From positions 372,001 to 436,000 of the forward strand of contig MU056029.1 of NCBI GenBank assembly GCA_013239625.1: a stretch of DNA of 64,000 nt, written 5' to 3'. A model generated the notes under the pieces. The model was given only the letters and a program-made list of their open reading frames with translations, was not told the origin of the DNA and searched no databases. A program made the position numbers and the translations under genes. This document shows, one piece after another, positions 36,241 through 49,856 of the stretch. How positions within the stretch are numbered: the first letter of the stretch is position 1; each line of letters opens with the position of its first letter. The DNA comes from Lama guanicoe. Taxonomy: Eukaryota.

Positions 36241-38287
36241 AATAACTTCAATTCCCCTGACTCCAGCTGGAAGAGGCGGCCCCCAGGCCACAGGGACGGA
36301 AAACGGGGGGCAGTGGAGGTGACAGAGGGGCACTGCACGGGGAGACTCTTCCAGGGCCTGGGTCCGCCCCCAATCTGTGCACGGGAGAAGCACCGCAGAG
36401 AAGACAGACATAAACCCCACTGACACAGGACTGGACGGTAGCAGTGGCCCCTAAGAACGCTCCTTTACAGACTTTCAGAAGCAGCAGGCGAACGGCCACA
36501 GTGGAGGCAGTTCAGGGTGGACAGGACAGGTGACCCTCCCTCCCCACAGGACAAGTCTCCGGAGTGCGTGTCACCCCACAGCCTCCCTGCAAACTCTCCA
36601 GCCAGGCAGGTGCAGCCCCCCTCTAGGGGCCACTGGGTCCGAGGCACAAGGTGTAAAATCGCCCCATCAGTACCAGGTATTTGTTACAGCAGGTTTAGGA
36701 AGTGGCGCTGTTTCGTTTGCCCACGTGATCTTCCTTCTCAGGACAGGTGTCACCTGCTGTGGGGGCAGGATCCTGAGAAACAGCCCCCAGATCCTCAGCC
36801 CTGGTGTGCATGCCCCTGCCAGCCCCCCGAGTGAGGCGGGGGCTGAGCATACACAGGAGTGACTCCTGCAGGTGGCATGGACGATGAGCTGGTCAGCAGG
36901 CAGGGGCCTGACGGAGCCACAGGAGCCTAGTAAACGGGGCCTAAGACAGAGACAGCAAGTCAGACACGGACAAGCAGACAGCAGTGGAGAGCCACATGAC
37001 CACGGCCCGGGGCTGACAGTGGTCCTGGCCATCAGCCAGCAAGAGCCCGGGGTCTCACAGGCCCCCCACCCCTGGAGCCGAATTCCAGCAAGAACCCAAA
37101 TGAGCCCAGAAGAGAACTGAGCCTCGGACAACACCGGGGCCGCAGCCGGGGCTACCCCGGGCAGAGCCCCAGCCAGCCCGCGCTGGCACTCCCTGGTCCT
37201 GGCTCCCAGCAAGGGTGACAGCTCCCATCTGGGTTGCTTCCAGCTGCTGAGTTTGGCAGAACAAGTCCCACAGCAATCGCAAATGGACACACGCCGCTCC
37301 CACCTTCTGCACAGAAGTGGGAGCCAGGCACGGCCCCCCGCCCGGCAGCTCCATCACAGGCATATCCGACAAAAGACACCTCTTGAGGAAAGAAGGCAGA
37401 GCGAGACTGGTTAAAATCCAGGCCCGAGTCTCTCTTGACACAGAGCTGAAGCCCATCAGAGGGTACGAACAACCCACTGAAAGTGGGGGAAACCTGAAAA
37501 CGTGCAGTCTTGAAATACGGACTGCATCACAGACGACAGTCGTGGGGCACGCGCCCTTCACAGAAGCGACATCCGCCCTGCCGCTTAACCGAGCGCCCTG
37601 CTCAGGTGACCAAGGGGCTGGACCCCGCGGGGCGGTCCAAGAATTCAAAGGTCACTGGTGGGAAACTGTGCTTTTCCTGAGATGGGGGTGGGGGTGGAGG
37701 GGAAGGATGGAGGGAAGGGTGGGGGAGGGGTGCCCAAGCTGAAAGGGGTCCTGATTCAAAACGGGAGCGCGTTAGGAGGCCACAGGAAAAAGAGAGTCTT
37801 TTCCAAGGAAGCAAGGCCACTGATGTTTCTGTGCTAACCACCTCACCTCTCGGCCGGCTGTCTGCTCAGCTGTTAAGCGGGTTTAAACAGATCATTTCGA
37901 AGATCTGTTCTTAGGCCAATGAGAGGTTTCTATGATTAGCTTTCCTCTTCTGGGAAAACCCGTTGACATTTATAATTAGTCCTGCTGAGCTCTGCAGTTC
38001 TTATCCGAGCTATTTTGGTCCAAAACAGCACAAGGCAGGGGTGAAGACAGAAGGAAGTTTTAGTGGGACTAGTGACAAAGTTTATTTCAAGAGAAGTGCT
38101 AAACAAAGCTTTAAGATCCTTTTAACTCGTCGTTTTTGGTCACTTGTTTAGGCTGACAAACTACTGTACCAGCTGTTTTAAGGTTACTAGGTAAACAATT
38201 CCAATAAGAGGTAGTGGCTGAGGCAACTTACAGGAATTACTTTACGCAGCTGAAAGCATGTTTTTTTTTGTTTTGTTTTGTTTTGAT

Positions 38288-38382
38288 GGGGAGGGTACAG
38301 CTCAGTGGTAGAGCACATGCTTAGCATACATGAGGTCCTGAGTTCAATCCCCTCGTACCTCCGTTAAAAAAGAAAAAAAGGC
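38288..38382 (+). mobile_element. tRNA-Ala-derived SINE (vic-1-like), short tail
   Basis: ggggagggtacagctcagtggtagagc...gttcaatcccc; TSD aagcatgtttttt, whose left copy runs into (TTTTG)n. Confidence 0.92.
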
Positions 38383-41300
38383 AAGCATGTTTTTTGCCTG
38401 AAGACCACTGTTACTCTTATGTAGCTCTTCATGAATGCAGGAGTCAAGGACTACTGCTCAGAAATGTTATTAATGATTTATTATTTGAAATGCATCCAAG
38501 TCTCCACTAGCCTCACTCCTGACCCCTCTCCAGCGCTGGACGTGTCTCTGCAATGGCCGAGGATTTTCAACAACGTACTTACAAATCCCTCCAACGTGGC
38601 GAAGGCGCGATCTATTCCATAAAACTAAAAAAACTTAAAGTGTTTTATGCTTTTTTTTTTTTAAAGGCACTTGCAGGAGTTGAGGGAACTGTACTTTCAT
38701 CTTCAATGGGCTGTTTTCAAATAGATCTGCATTTAGGTTATTGGATTACAATGCTCCCTAATAGCAAAGGAACATCTTTTCTGGTTTTTAAGGTGACAAC
38801 AGGTTCCAAATTTGACAAACCAGTTAACATCCCTGATGACCCACTGCCACGCCTTGTACAATGACAGTCACAACTATAACTGGACCGTCACTGTCCTTAT
38901 CTCCAACCTGGTCCGTGGCGTCACAAGAGAGTATCCCCTTGTAAGAGTCCTCCCTGCTCAAGGCAGGGGGGGGGGAGGAAGGCGCATGCCCGTTACTGAT
39001 TCCACCCACAGCAAGTGACTCCTGCCTTGTGATGTCACGTGGCCGTTCGAGTTCAGCAGCAAAGTGTCCGGCTGCTCACACTTCTAAACGTGTTCACAAA
39101 ACGCCCCGGCCACACACAAGGAGCCACTTTCCCAGGGCATCTTGCCATTGGAGACACTCACTTCTTCCATTTCTTGGTAATTTAGGAAATGAATGAGAAG
39201 TCTGAAATGCTTATATCTTGAATACACATTAGATTTTCTTACCCTTACATTATCTTAATGTGGCCGTATTTTACCATATACTTTCCCATGTTCCAAGAAT
39301 GCTGGCTTTAGCTCAATTGCACATTATTTTCACAACCACACCTGGAACCCCTCATGACAGACACACCCCCTCCTCAGGTGCTGACGAGGGGGCGGGGGGC
39401 AGAAGGAGGCGCATCTCACTCACCTCCCTTGATTTCTCTTGCCTTTAAACTCGTCTCTCCCCCAACAAGACCAACCAACAAAGGAGTGTGTCTCGGGTTC
39501 AAATGAGCAGGAAAGAATGAAAAAAAGAAGAGATGGAGAGCATTTAAGGTTTGAGCAAATCTACCTGAAAACAAGGCATGAAAGATGAAAGTACAATTCC
39601 CTCACTTATGTTCTACGTACGATTCGGCGCTAGGCAATCAGGGAGCACCTCCTGGAAGAGGCACCGAATTTAGCTCCAGAAGGATGAAAAATTAATCTCA
39701 GCCTCACCCATCCCCACCCTCACCCCAAAGTGGAAATTAGGGAGAGGCTAGAAGGGCAGAGCCCAAACCAGAGCTGAGGCATGGGCAGAGCAAACGAGAT
39801 GGTGGACTCGGAGACAGAGGCAGGAAAGAAAGAAGAGGCGTGGTGGGCGTCTGATTGGACAACTGATGGACGGGGCACTGAGAAGGACGAGATGAGAACA
39901 GGCACACATGCGGCCAGGTCTCCAGCCCTGGTGGCTGGAATGCGGAAGCCACTGACCTCACCCCGGAGTGAATCTGCCGTGGGATAAACAGAGTTGAGTG
40001 GTAAGCAAGGCTGAGTGTAAGGTGCTGGTGGGGCATGTGGGGTGGCTAGTGGGAGATGCCCCAGCTATGAAGACCAAGGTACATGAAGACAGGCACTGGG
40101 GGCTCACACGTGGAGGAGACAGGACGCAGCCCGTGGGCGCTGTCACTACGATGACCAGGGAGCGAGCTGGCTGGCTAGAAGAAACAGTGCTGACAGTGAG
40201 CACTGATGGGCCCACGAGGGAGGGAGATGTCAAGGTGGGGAGGCGGGCGGGGCAGAGGGTAGGGGGTGAGAGCCCAGGCCTGGGAACCCAGGGTCCACGG
40301 GACAAAGATGCGACCAAGCCCCCAGGGTGCCCTCCCACTAGCACAGGTGGCCCGGGCAGGAGTCCAGGGGCCGTATCTACACCCCCATGCCTCTCCCTTT
40401 CAGTGCCGAGTGAACACATCCGGAAAAACAGCCATGGAACGTGTGCACTCAAGTCACTGGGTTTGCGTTTCCTTTGGTGGAGCTGCACCCTTTGGTGGTG
40501 CATACCTGAACGTGGCACAGATGTTAAGATCGCAGTCCCCTTTCCAAACACTCCTGGGAATTCTTCCTCCCCCTCCGGACCGGTTCACCACGAGGGGTCC
40601 AGGAAGCCCTGGGGAGGCCTGGCTTTGAAAGCACACCTGATGAGGCGGCCCCAGGAGGGCAACTTGGCAAAATTCTCTGCCCAAAGCTCATTTTTTCCCT
40701 CGCCAATTATATAGCCCAGGGACCAGCACAGTCTGAAAATAACATACTGCTGTGCTTGAAAAAGGTGGAAAGGCAGACACTTCCAGACCCAGGCGGTGTT
40801 TGACCCCAACACAGAATAACGCATTTCAGTCCATCCGCCAAAACACCTGCTTATTTGCAACCAACCAGCATGGCCATGTCCAAGGTCAGAAATCATCAAA
40901 TTGTGGTCTTGGCTACAAACTGGGAAGTGTGTCCTAAATGGGCTCCCCATGCTCACGGCAGCCACCTGGGCTGGAGCCCTCTGGGGCTGAAGGACGGCTG
41001 GCGGGCGGCGACTGCGGCCGGACAGAGGTTTACTCTCCTGGCTTCAGGATGAGGTGGCAGCTTGGACAAGCGCCCTCCTTGGGCAGGGCACACCCGACAC
41101 TGTTGGAGGCAAGGTTATGGGCTATGGACCGACGGGCCATCTTCAAGTACAGTATGTCTCCCTGTGGGCATCACTTCTGCACAAAGCTGCCCAGCTTCCT
41201 TGAAAAACCCCTCGCTGGAAAATATTTACAAACAGTACTAAGTCGCTGGTTCTGGAAGGATCCGAGTTAATGGTGACGCCTGGCACCTGGTCAGCACTCT

Positions 41301-42622
41301 CGTGTTGAGTCAGAAGCCTCTGTCTCACCACAGTAAGACACCCGCAGTTAAGCGGCACTTCGGAAGGGAAGGCCAGGCTCCAGGGACGGAACTACGAGCC
41401 CCCCTCCAGTCCTGCTCCGCAGAGGAGGCCCGCACAACCTCGGTCTCTCCGCCAGGCCTCGCCCCCAGCTGAGGCCCCATCCCAGCCTCGGCTCTGGTCC
41501 CAAGGGACCGTCCACCCTCCCAGCGGGCACCAGACCACCCACAAGGACCCCTCAACTGAGTGAGACCACCGTCTGTATCGGGACTTCCTTTTCCATTTTT
41601 CTGTGTGTGATTTTCTCCCCACTCTTATTTTGGAAGCCAGTGTCGGATTTTGACTAATAAAACGAGAAACACTACAAATGAACAGCAAGTTACATCCTAC
41701 TTTTGATTCATGGTTGGTCGTTAGGGCAAGAGCTGCTATTTCGTTTTCTTAACTTAGAAGGACGGTGTAACTGTTCACAGCAGTTCAATGAACAGGGCAC
41801 TGGATGGGTGGTGCCGAATGTGCTGTATGTATGTGTACTTACAGCAAATAAGATTACATGGCTAGCACATTCTACACTACCTCGCTGGCACGGAACACAT
41901 TATCCCTGTGGAGAGAAAGCTCTTTCCAAACATCTAACTGCTTCTGGTCCACCTGTCAGTTTATCACACTTCCCGCTGGTAAAATATCCCCTGGATGAGA
42001 AAGGCTTGTTCCAACGAAAGTTGTGCTTCATTTACGACAGAAACAGAGTTGGCCAGAAGTATCGGGACGCGCCCTGTCTCATAGGCCAGACAGCTGGACA
42101 CAGTTTCTTCTCCTCCCAGCGGGTCAAGGTCGAGGTTGGGTTAAACATAAAGCATCTAGAAGGGTCCACAAAATACATTTTTAAGAAAAAGAAAAGACCA
42201 GAGAATTAACCAAACATGCAAACTGACTCGATGGAGGCTTCCCAAGCTCACGAGTGAAGCCCTCTGGCCCATGAGGGGGCGAGCAGCACAAGACATTTTT
42301 AAGCCAAGGAAGGAATGAGGAAGCAGGATGCAGTGAGGTTCACGGCCAGAGATCCAAGAATCTCATGGAATAATCAGTGCGCCGAGGCCTGATGCCTTGG
42401 GGATAAGAAAAACCTCTGTGGATTCGTTATTCAGATCGTGGACAAATGAAGGAGTATGTCTGGAGTGAAGAGAGACACAGGGATACGGAGACGGGGACAA
42501 ATTTCACAGCACTTTAAGAAGACCCATCGAGACTCTGAAATTACTCCAAATTTACTGTGCACTCATTACACAACAGGCAGAGAAATGCAAAGCCCAGAAT
42601 GAGAAAGACAGTAGCTTGAAAG

Positions 42623-42773
42623 CAGTTTCCCAGCCTCAGCACTGCTGATGTTCTGAGCCCGATCATTCTTTCCACAGAGGGCCGTCTGCACGGCGGGATC
42701 TGGGTGGTACCCGGCCTCCACCCAAGAGGTGCGGCAGCTCCTCTGCAAAATCGCCCCAGATCGAGAACCACTG
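42623..42773. mobile_element. MER20-like hAT DNA transposon, internally deleted
   Basis: cagtttcccagcctcagcactgctga...cattcttt... and terminal gcaaaatcgcccc..gagaaccactg. Confidence 0.75.
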
Positions 42774-44447
42774 CTTTCCAGCACCCGGGATGAACATTCT
42801 GGAAGGTGAATTATTAAGTAAACACTTCCAGGACCAATTTATTTTAAAAATCCTATGGGTGAGAACTCAGCACTGAAACAGAAATGGCAAAACCTGCAGC
42901 AGGAACTCGACCTAAGTATGTTGCATAATGTCCAGAACGTGGCTTCTTTCCACCCTAAACTGAAACAGCTGCTCCTTTGGTGAGACAGGATAATGGACTC
43001 AGAATCCAATGCTACAAAGTCAGAGGATGCTGACAGAACTTGCCCCCGATCGCAAGGGCCTCTGGCTCCTTCAGAAAGAAGACTGTAGGCCGACTTTCCC
43101 AGACTACACCAGACTATGCTGGGACCATGCAATTATCCACTACAATGCTGCACTGCATACCCAGAAGACGTGAATTTTTCCCTGGAAATGTACTAGCTGG
43201 TGACAGCAATATGATACCTAAAAAAACAAGACCACTTAGAAACCTCTTAGTGAGTTTTAACATAATAAAAAACAATTTTTTTGGACAAGTTATTTGTACT
43301 GCAGTCTTGAGTTTCATGGGACAGTCTCAAAATATCTCAGTAGACACGAATACGGGGATCAGAGTCAACATCCCAGTAACGACACTGCCCATTTGTAAAG
43401 CGTGCAAAACACTCTGGCGGGCACTTTTTTAGAGTTTTCAAGGTAATTTCTTCTATATTAATTCACTGGTTGGTAGGACATTCTCACAAAACAGGGCAGA
43501 ACAATCTACATTCTTTCAGGCGGTGCCCTAAAGCTGGGACAGGTCTGGTGTTTTTAATAATTTTTCCCAAGAGGCTGCAACAATCCATATTTCTCCATTG
43601 GTATCTGAGTGCCCGCCCCCTCGTTTCTGCAAACAACAGCTGCTTCTTTCTTTCTTTTTGAAACCTCCCTGCCAGTCTGCTAGGCAGACTGGACACCCAT
43701 TTAACCTGTTCTGGGAATTAACTGCCTACCTTCCCCTCTTTTTCCTGTTGTATTATTTGGTTTCTTTCTGACAACTTAATTTGTGAGAGCTTTTAGATTA
43801 AAAATATTAACCCCCTTTTCTTTCACCTTGAAAATAGTTTTGTCTAAAGAATTTTTTTTAATGTTTGCTTGTGGTGTATTTTGCCATATAATAATTTTAA
43901 ATTTTTTAAAATTTTTAATCAATTTAAAAATTTTACATCGTTAACTGTGAATTTTCCAGGCTTGGCTAAGAAAGTCCCCTGTGCCTTGAACTGCACCTGT
44001 TGCTTCTCTGTTTAAGTGTTCAAACGAACTGATACTCATTTTTATATAGTACAACCTAGGGGCACAGTGCTGTCTCCTCCAGATGCCAATTGTACAAAGA
44101 CTATTAAATAATCCTTTTCCCACCAAACTTAATTACCTACCCACTCTACAATTCTCACATACAGTATCTTGTACTTGGGGTTTCTCTATTATGTTTGGGC
44201 AATCAAGTTGTCTTTCTCCTTGTCCACACCAGGACACTGGGCTCCACTGCATGGTGGGCTGAATCAGCTCCACTGCTGGTGCCCCCCACCACCCCCAGTA
44301 GAGGCACTCCGGGTGATGCTGCGTGGTGTCTGCTCCTGCCTCTGCGGGGCACCTGTGAGTCACATACAACTTCAAGCTGCAGCCCTGGTTCCACTAACTG
44401 GTACGAAAAGCCCCTCCTGGGTCATCTTTTTAAAAATGTCTTGGCTA

Positions 44448-44995
44448 AGGCTCACCAAGAAGAAACGGGAGAGGACACAAACAAAATAAGAAATGAAAAA
44501 AGAAATGAGCTATCAAACCATGGAAAGACACAGAAGGATATGAAATGTGTATTACTAAGTGAAAGAAGCCAATCTGAAAATGCTACAAACTGTATGATCC
44601 CAAACACAACATTCGGGAACAGGCAAAACTGTGGAGACAGTAAAGAGATCCGTGGTTGTCAGGGGTTAAGGGGTCAGGAGGGCTGAATAGCGGCACAGAG
44701 GTTTTTATGTCAGTGAAATTACTCTGTATGATGCTATAATGATGGATGCACATCCTTTATGCATTTGTACACAGAATGTACACCAAGAGTGAACGCTAAT
44801 GTCAACGTATGGACTTTGGGCGACAGAAACAAATCAATGTAGGTTCTTAGATTGAAACAAATGCACCAGTCTAATGCAAGACGTTGATGGTGGAGGTAAC
44901 GTATGTACGTGGGCGAAGGGTATACGGGAACTCCACCTTCTGCTCAATTTTGCTATGAGCCTAAAACTGCTCTAAAAAATTTAGTGTTTAAAAAT
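44448..44995 (+). mobile_element. L1MC-like 3' end
   Basis: aatgagctatcaa.ccatg..aagaca, ctaagtgaaagaagccaatctgaaaa, ctgctcaattttgct.tga.cctaaaactgctctaaaaa; flanking repeat tcttggcta (44439-44447, 45001-45009). Confidence 0.85.
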
Positions 44996-45165
44996 ATGTA
45001 TCTTGGCTATATTGGAGCAATAGAAACTCTAAGGTCATTTTATTTGATTCCAAGAGAACCCTGCAGGCAGAGCTGCCTGACACATGGGCCATCTTCCTGG
45101 AGAACCAGCACGGAGACAGCACATATTCCCCCACCCAGGGATGCAGGAAGCCTCCTGCTTGCTTA

Positions 45166-45685
45166 TGTAACAGAAAAGAACAAACCAGACTCCACATTAG
45201 ATCTGTTTCTTTGGCTTTAACTCTGTGCCCTGTTTTGTGAGCTCAGTCTTGCTAGCTCTGCACCTTTGGTAAAGGAATGTTGCCTTTAGCCTGAAATATG
45301 CAGGAGAGCCTATTCTCAAGGCTCTGACCTTTAAGGATATTAACACTTTTGTACTTATATAAAGATAACAAGTTGCAGAATGGAAAATAATGTTTGTTTT
45401 GTTGGAAGTTTACAGGGACACCATGATCTGACCCACGTGGACAGATGCAAGAACAAAGAATTGCTACAGCAAGAAGTCTGCAACCAACCACCCCCACCCC
45501 CTTTTTAATATAAAAGGAGCCTGCATTCTGACTGGAGCAGGATGGTTCTCCAAGACATTATTACTCTGCCATCCTCTTGTTCTGCTGGCTTTCCGAATAA
45601 AGTCGTTATTCCTTGCCCCAACACCTTGTCTCCCTATTTACTGGCTTGTTGTGTGGCGAGCAGAACGAGTTTGGACTCAGTAACA
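45166..45685 (+). mobile_element. ERV1-class solo LTR (520 bp, possibly MER41-related)
   Basis: tgtaac...gtaaca termini; perfect 4-bp TSD ctta; TATAAAA at 45509-45515; AATAAA at 45596-45601. Confidence 0.9.
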
Positions 45686-46149
45686 CTTACATCCTTCAAA
45701 AACCAACTGCTGTTTTCTCATGAGGGTTTTTAGCCCTTCTTGTTAAATTCATTCCCAGGTACTTTACAGCTTTTGCTCCTGTTTTCAGCACTGTTTCCCA
45801 CTCCCCACCCCTAGGTGCTCACTGCGCCTGGAGTTACTGTGAGTAGCTCCTGGTGGTCCCAGAATGAGGAGTCACACTAGCAACGTCCTCTCTATGTAAA
45901 GCCTTTCTAAAAACAACCATCGCTGTAACATTTCTCCGTATTTATTGCCAATGTCCCCCAGTGGTCTGTGAAAGACCTTAAACAGGCCCTGTCCTTCAGA
46001 AGATCTGGACCCTGGAATGGAAGGGATGTTAAAATATGGATCCAACTATGCTGTGGTTCTCTTGATGCAGTTCGCATGGTGATGTTAAGACACCTCTGGA
46101 AGTCACAGCTTGGGAGTCTAATCCCAGTTTTCTCCAGTAAAGAAGTGGC

Positions 46150-46251
46150 GGGGGGAGTGGGTAGAGCTCAGTGGCAGAGCATATGCTTAGCAGGCATGAG
46201 GCCCTAGGTTCAATCCTCCGCTAAAAAGAAAAACAAAAACTAATAATCCAA
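46150..46251 (+). mobile_element. tRNA-Ala-derived SINE (vic-1-like)
   Basis: agctcagtggcagagcatatgcttagc...ggttcaatcc plus A tail; TSD taaag(a/c)agtg(g/a)c. Confidence 0.88.
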
Positions 46252-47151
46252 TAAAGCAGTGACAGCAGCAGTAACCTTGGGAAACTGACGTCACCCAATA
46301 ATTTTTCTGAGAACGATCGACAATGTTGGGATTCAGAACTGACCAAACCCCGTCCTTGGGTAAAAACACGGTGCGTCTGGCCATGGTGACAACCACCATG
46401 TGCCTCAGGCACTGGACCCTAGAGGCCACAGCTGAGTCTCTGTCACCTGCTCGCCTTGGCAGGGCCCTGCGAGGTTGTGCCACTCCCACTTGAAGGACGA
46501 AGAGGCTGAGGGTCAGAGGGGGTTAAGTCAGTGCCCAAAGACGCACGGCTAGAAGTTCGGAGTGCTGCTCCAAAACCATGTGAAACTGAGTAAATCGTGC
46601 TTTCCAATTTTAGATTATTGAGGGGGGAGATGCTGAAAAATGCCAATTGCTAAAATATAGATGTTGTCACCTGTCTTCATTTAGGGAAAATAAATATCTT
46701 TTTTTCAGTTAGGGAAATCAAGCAGGTTACAACCAATTATAGACAAAGTATCTTTTGTCCTTCTGCAAACAGGCTGAGGTAGGAAGCACATCCCCTGCCC
46801 CTTCCAAGGAACTGAATGGGGGCGAGGGGTCCACCCACCTCAACACCAAATTGCTGCCACACAGCTGAGCCCACCCGGCGAGGTCTGGGTATCACAGACT
46901 CTCACGCAGGCCTCGCTGTGGGAAGGTCTGCTGACCGGTCACTTCTGGCCCAATTCTAAACACGTAACAGTGATGACGGTGGGCTGTCAACTCAGCCTCC
47001 TGTGATGAGAGAGAAACAGACTCTTTCCTCAGTCTGCCTTAGTGATTTGGGACTGAAATAGGAACAAAACAGGCTTGTAAATAGGGACAAAAATTCTTTG
47101 AATATTTTTGGGTTTCTGCTTATGTCTCTCACAATCTAAATACCACTGAAT

Positions 47152-47698
47152 TGTTTTTTGAAGTATAGTCAGTTACCATGTGTCAATTTCTAGTGTAGAG
47201 CATAATGTTTCAGTGATACACGTACATACATACATGTTTTCGTATTTTTTCATTATAGCCTACTACAAGATATTGAAAATAGTTCCCTGTGCTATACAGA
47301 AGAAATTTGTTTTTTAACTATTTTATATAGAGTAGTTACTATTTACAAATCTCAAACTCCCAATTTATCCCTTCCTACCCCATTTTCTCCAGGTTAATTG
47401 TAAGATTGTTTATTATATCTTCCAGTCTATTTCTATTTTATAGATGAGTTCATTAGTGTCTTTTTTTTTCATTTCTTTTTTTTTTTTTAGATTCCACATA
47501 TATGTGGTATCATATGGTATTTTTCTTTCTCTTTCTGGCTTACTTCACTTAGAAGGACGATCTCCAGGTCCATCCATGTTGCTGCAATGGCATTATTTTA
47601 TTCTCTTTTATGGCTGAGTAGTATTCCACTATATAAATACACCACATCTTCTTTATCCAGTCACCTGTGGATGTACATTTATGCTGCTTCCGTGTCTT
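47152..47698 (-). mobile_element. Young L1 3' end, minus strand
   Basis: Reverse complement of the 52390-53070-type 3' UTR; 15-bp TSD taaat(a/g)ccactgaat (47137-47151, 47699-47713). Confidence 0.92.
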
Positions 47699-49856
47699 TA
47701 AATGCCACTGAATGAGATTCCTGATTTTGGTTTCAGCCATATGTTACTATTCTTATCACTATTGATAGTGGTACTTATTTTCCGCAGGAGTGCCAGATAG
47801 GTAACCAGCTCTAAAATTTCTGCCTGGAAATACTTCTTTAGACATTTTATTTCTTAACTGTGAAGCCGCATGTCATGAGATCCGCTGGGAAAAATTCGAC
47901 CTGTGCAGAATTTTTGGTTTGTTTTGGAGCCAGTGCACATGTTCTGTGTCAAGCTACCTCTGTGACCCACACTGTCTTGACCCTGTGTGCACACACAGCG
48001 ACGCCCGGCACCTGAGGTTCCTGCAGGGCGCCGGCAAGGATGCCTCCGTCCCTGTACAGGCGGTGCTGGCACCATCAGGGAGCACCCACCTCTGCACATC
48101 ACCCCAGCTCTTTCTCAGGGGGTTGCTCCCATAGCAGCGAGGCATCCTGGGCATGGCTCCAGCCACATGTGGCCTGGGCAGGCGTCCTCTGCCTGGAACC
48201 TGCCTGCCCCCCATCCCCGGGATGGGCCAACTGGACCTCAGGACAATGCACCCCAGGTTGGAAAACAGTGGCAGCAGTGATTCCGACTTGACTCCGAGAG
48301 GTCTCTCACTGCTCAGTGGGTCTGGAAACGTCAGTAACTTGGAAATGTTATTTTTCAGAAAAGCACTCACAAAGCACATAGCTGTGTATACGAGGCCCCT
48401 CAGTGCCAGGAGGACCACCCGCCCACCGGGAGGACGTTGCCCCTGCTCCCTCGGCCGATCCTCCTGGACACCTACCCGGGGGAGGGGGGGTCTGTGTTCC
48501 TCTGAATCAAGCCTCCCCAACTTCTCTATTTTGTGCTGGGCTTTTCTTTTAAATCAGAGTCTCTCCCGATGGAAACAGGCACCCTCTCAAGGGTGAGAGG
48601 GTCGTCAGCCCCCTTCAAGGGGGACAGTCACTGCGGGGAGCCAGCCTCCCAGCTACAGATCCTCCTTCCCTCCCGTGGGGGTCAGGCTGGGCCTCCGACT
48701 TAACCAGGGACACTGTCCTGGGAGTGGGGACACAGATCGCAGGGCAGACCAGACCCGCGGCCAGGCTTCCATGCCAAGGCCACCTCCTCCAGGGTGTCCA
48801 CAGGATGAGGCTGAGTACACAGAGATCATGCCACCCGGTAAGAAGCTTTCTGAGAACAAGTTAAATATACAAGACTTACGTAGCCAATTACACTCTTAGT
48901 CCTAAGCTATTTTTAAAAACACAGCCCTTGCAAAGTTCGTCAGGGCCACGAATCTGGAAGATGAACTTCGCTATCCCACAGAAAAAGGCCCCCGCTGCCT
49001 GCCATCTGCCTTCCCCGCTTCACTTGGAGTTGATGACTTACTGACACGCCCCTCTACGCCACCGACACCATACACTCCTCTGCTGATGACAGCCCTGCCC
49101 TGCCTGGGAGGACCCGCCCCAAAGCAGAGAAATCAAAGTATCTTGGAGGCAAATAAGTGCTCCTGAGGGGCAAGTGCTCCGTGCTTTCAAGGGCCTGGAT
49201 TCCAGGCAGGGGTGGCTCCCTCCTCAAGGCCATTGCTCCTGGGCTAGGGGTGTGCGCCCGCAGTCCCCCTGTGGCCAGGAGAGCTGGGCCAGGTGCCCCC
49301 CAGGGCCAAGAGACACCTCCAAGCAGGTCTCTGTTAAGAAAAGGGGCCAACCCACAGCCCACGTGGGTACGGGGCTCAGGACATCCCACGGCAAGGCCAG
49401 GGGCCCAAGGAGGACAGCACAGAACAGGGAGGAGATCCAGATCAGCAAGAGAAAAGAGGGGCAGGAAGACACACAGCCGATCAAGAGCAGTCTCCAGGTC
49501 TCGGGGACAAAGCCTGACGTGGTGGGAGGGTCCTGCCGCTCTGGTCGGCCGGCCGCTTCCCGTCCTCAGAAAACACGGCTGCTCCTGCCCCAGACACGCC
49601 CATAAAGGGCCTCTGTCCACGCCCCCAACAATGCGAACTAAGTCGAGCGCAGCGTGCAAGTTCGTCCAGCCCACTCTGGAACGTTCGGGGGTCTTCCTGC
49701 TGGTAATAAAGCCCACGTTATCTCAAACATCAATACACGGTAACCATTTTAACCATCTACTTCTCATCTTATTTAATGTTTTTATTTTTCATTTTATTTT
49801 ATCCCTAGGATTTCGGCGACATCAGAGCCTGTGTGCTTTGACAGAGGTACAGTCCA

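Larger units (their letters stand above)
43440..45800 (-). mobile_element. Highly degraded old L1M, minus strand, interrupted by an L1MC-like insert and an LTR
   Basis: T-rich strand with L1 antisense motifs (aataatccttttccc, aaaaatgtcttggcta, cttgttaaattcattcccaggta). Confidence 0.5.

Noticed and set aside
21975..42282. CTCF-like motifs at about 21975-21990 and 42269-42282
   Set aside because: Partial matches only; not distinguishable from chance without PWM scoring or ChIP data.
48880..48953. Possible 74-nt minus-strand pseudo-exon (cttccAG...tac|GTAAGT) overlapping a MEF2-like ctatttttaa
   Set aside because: Weak pyrimidine tract and no other support; such pairs are common in long introns.
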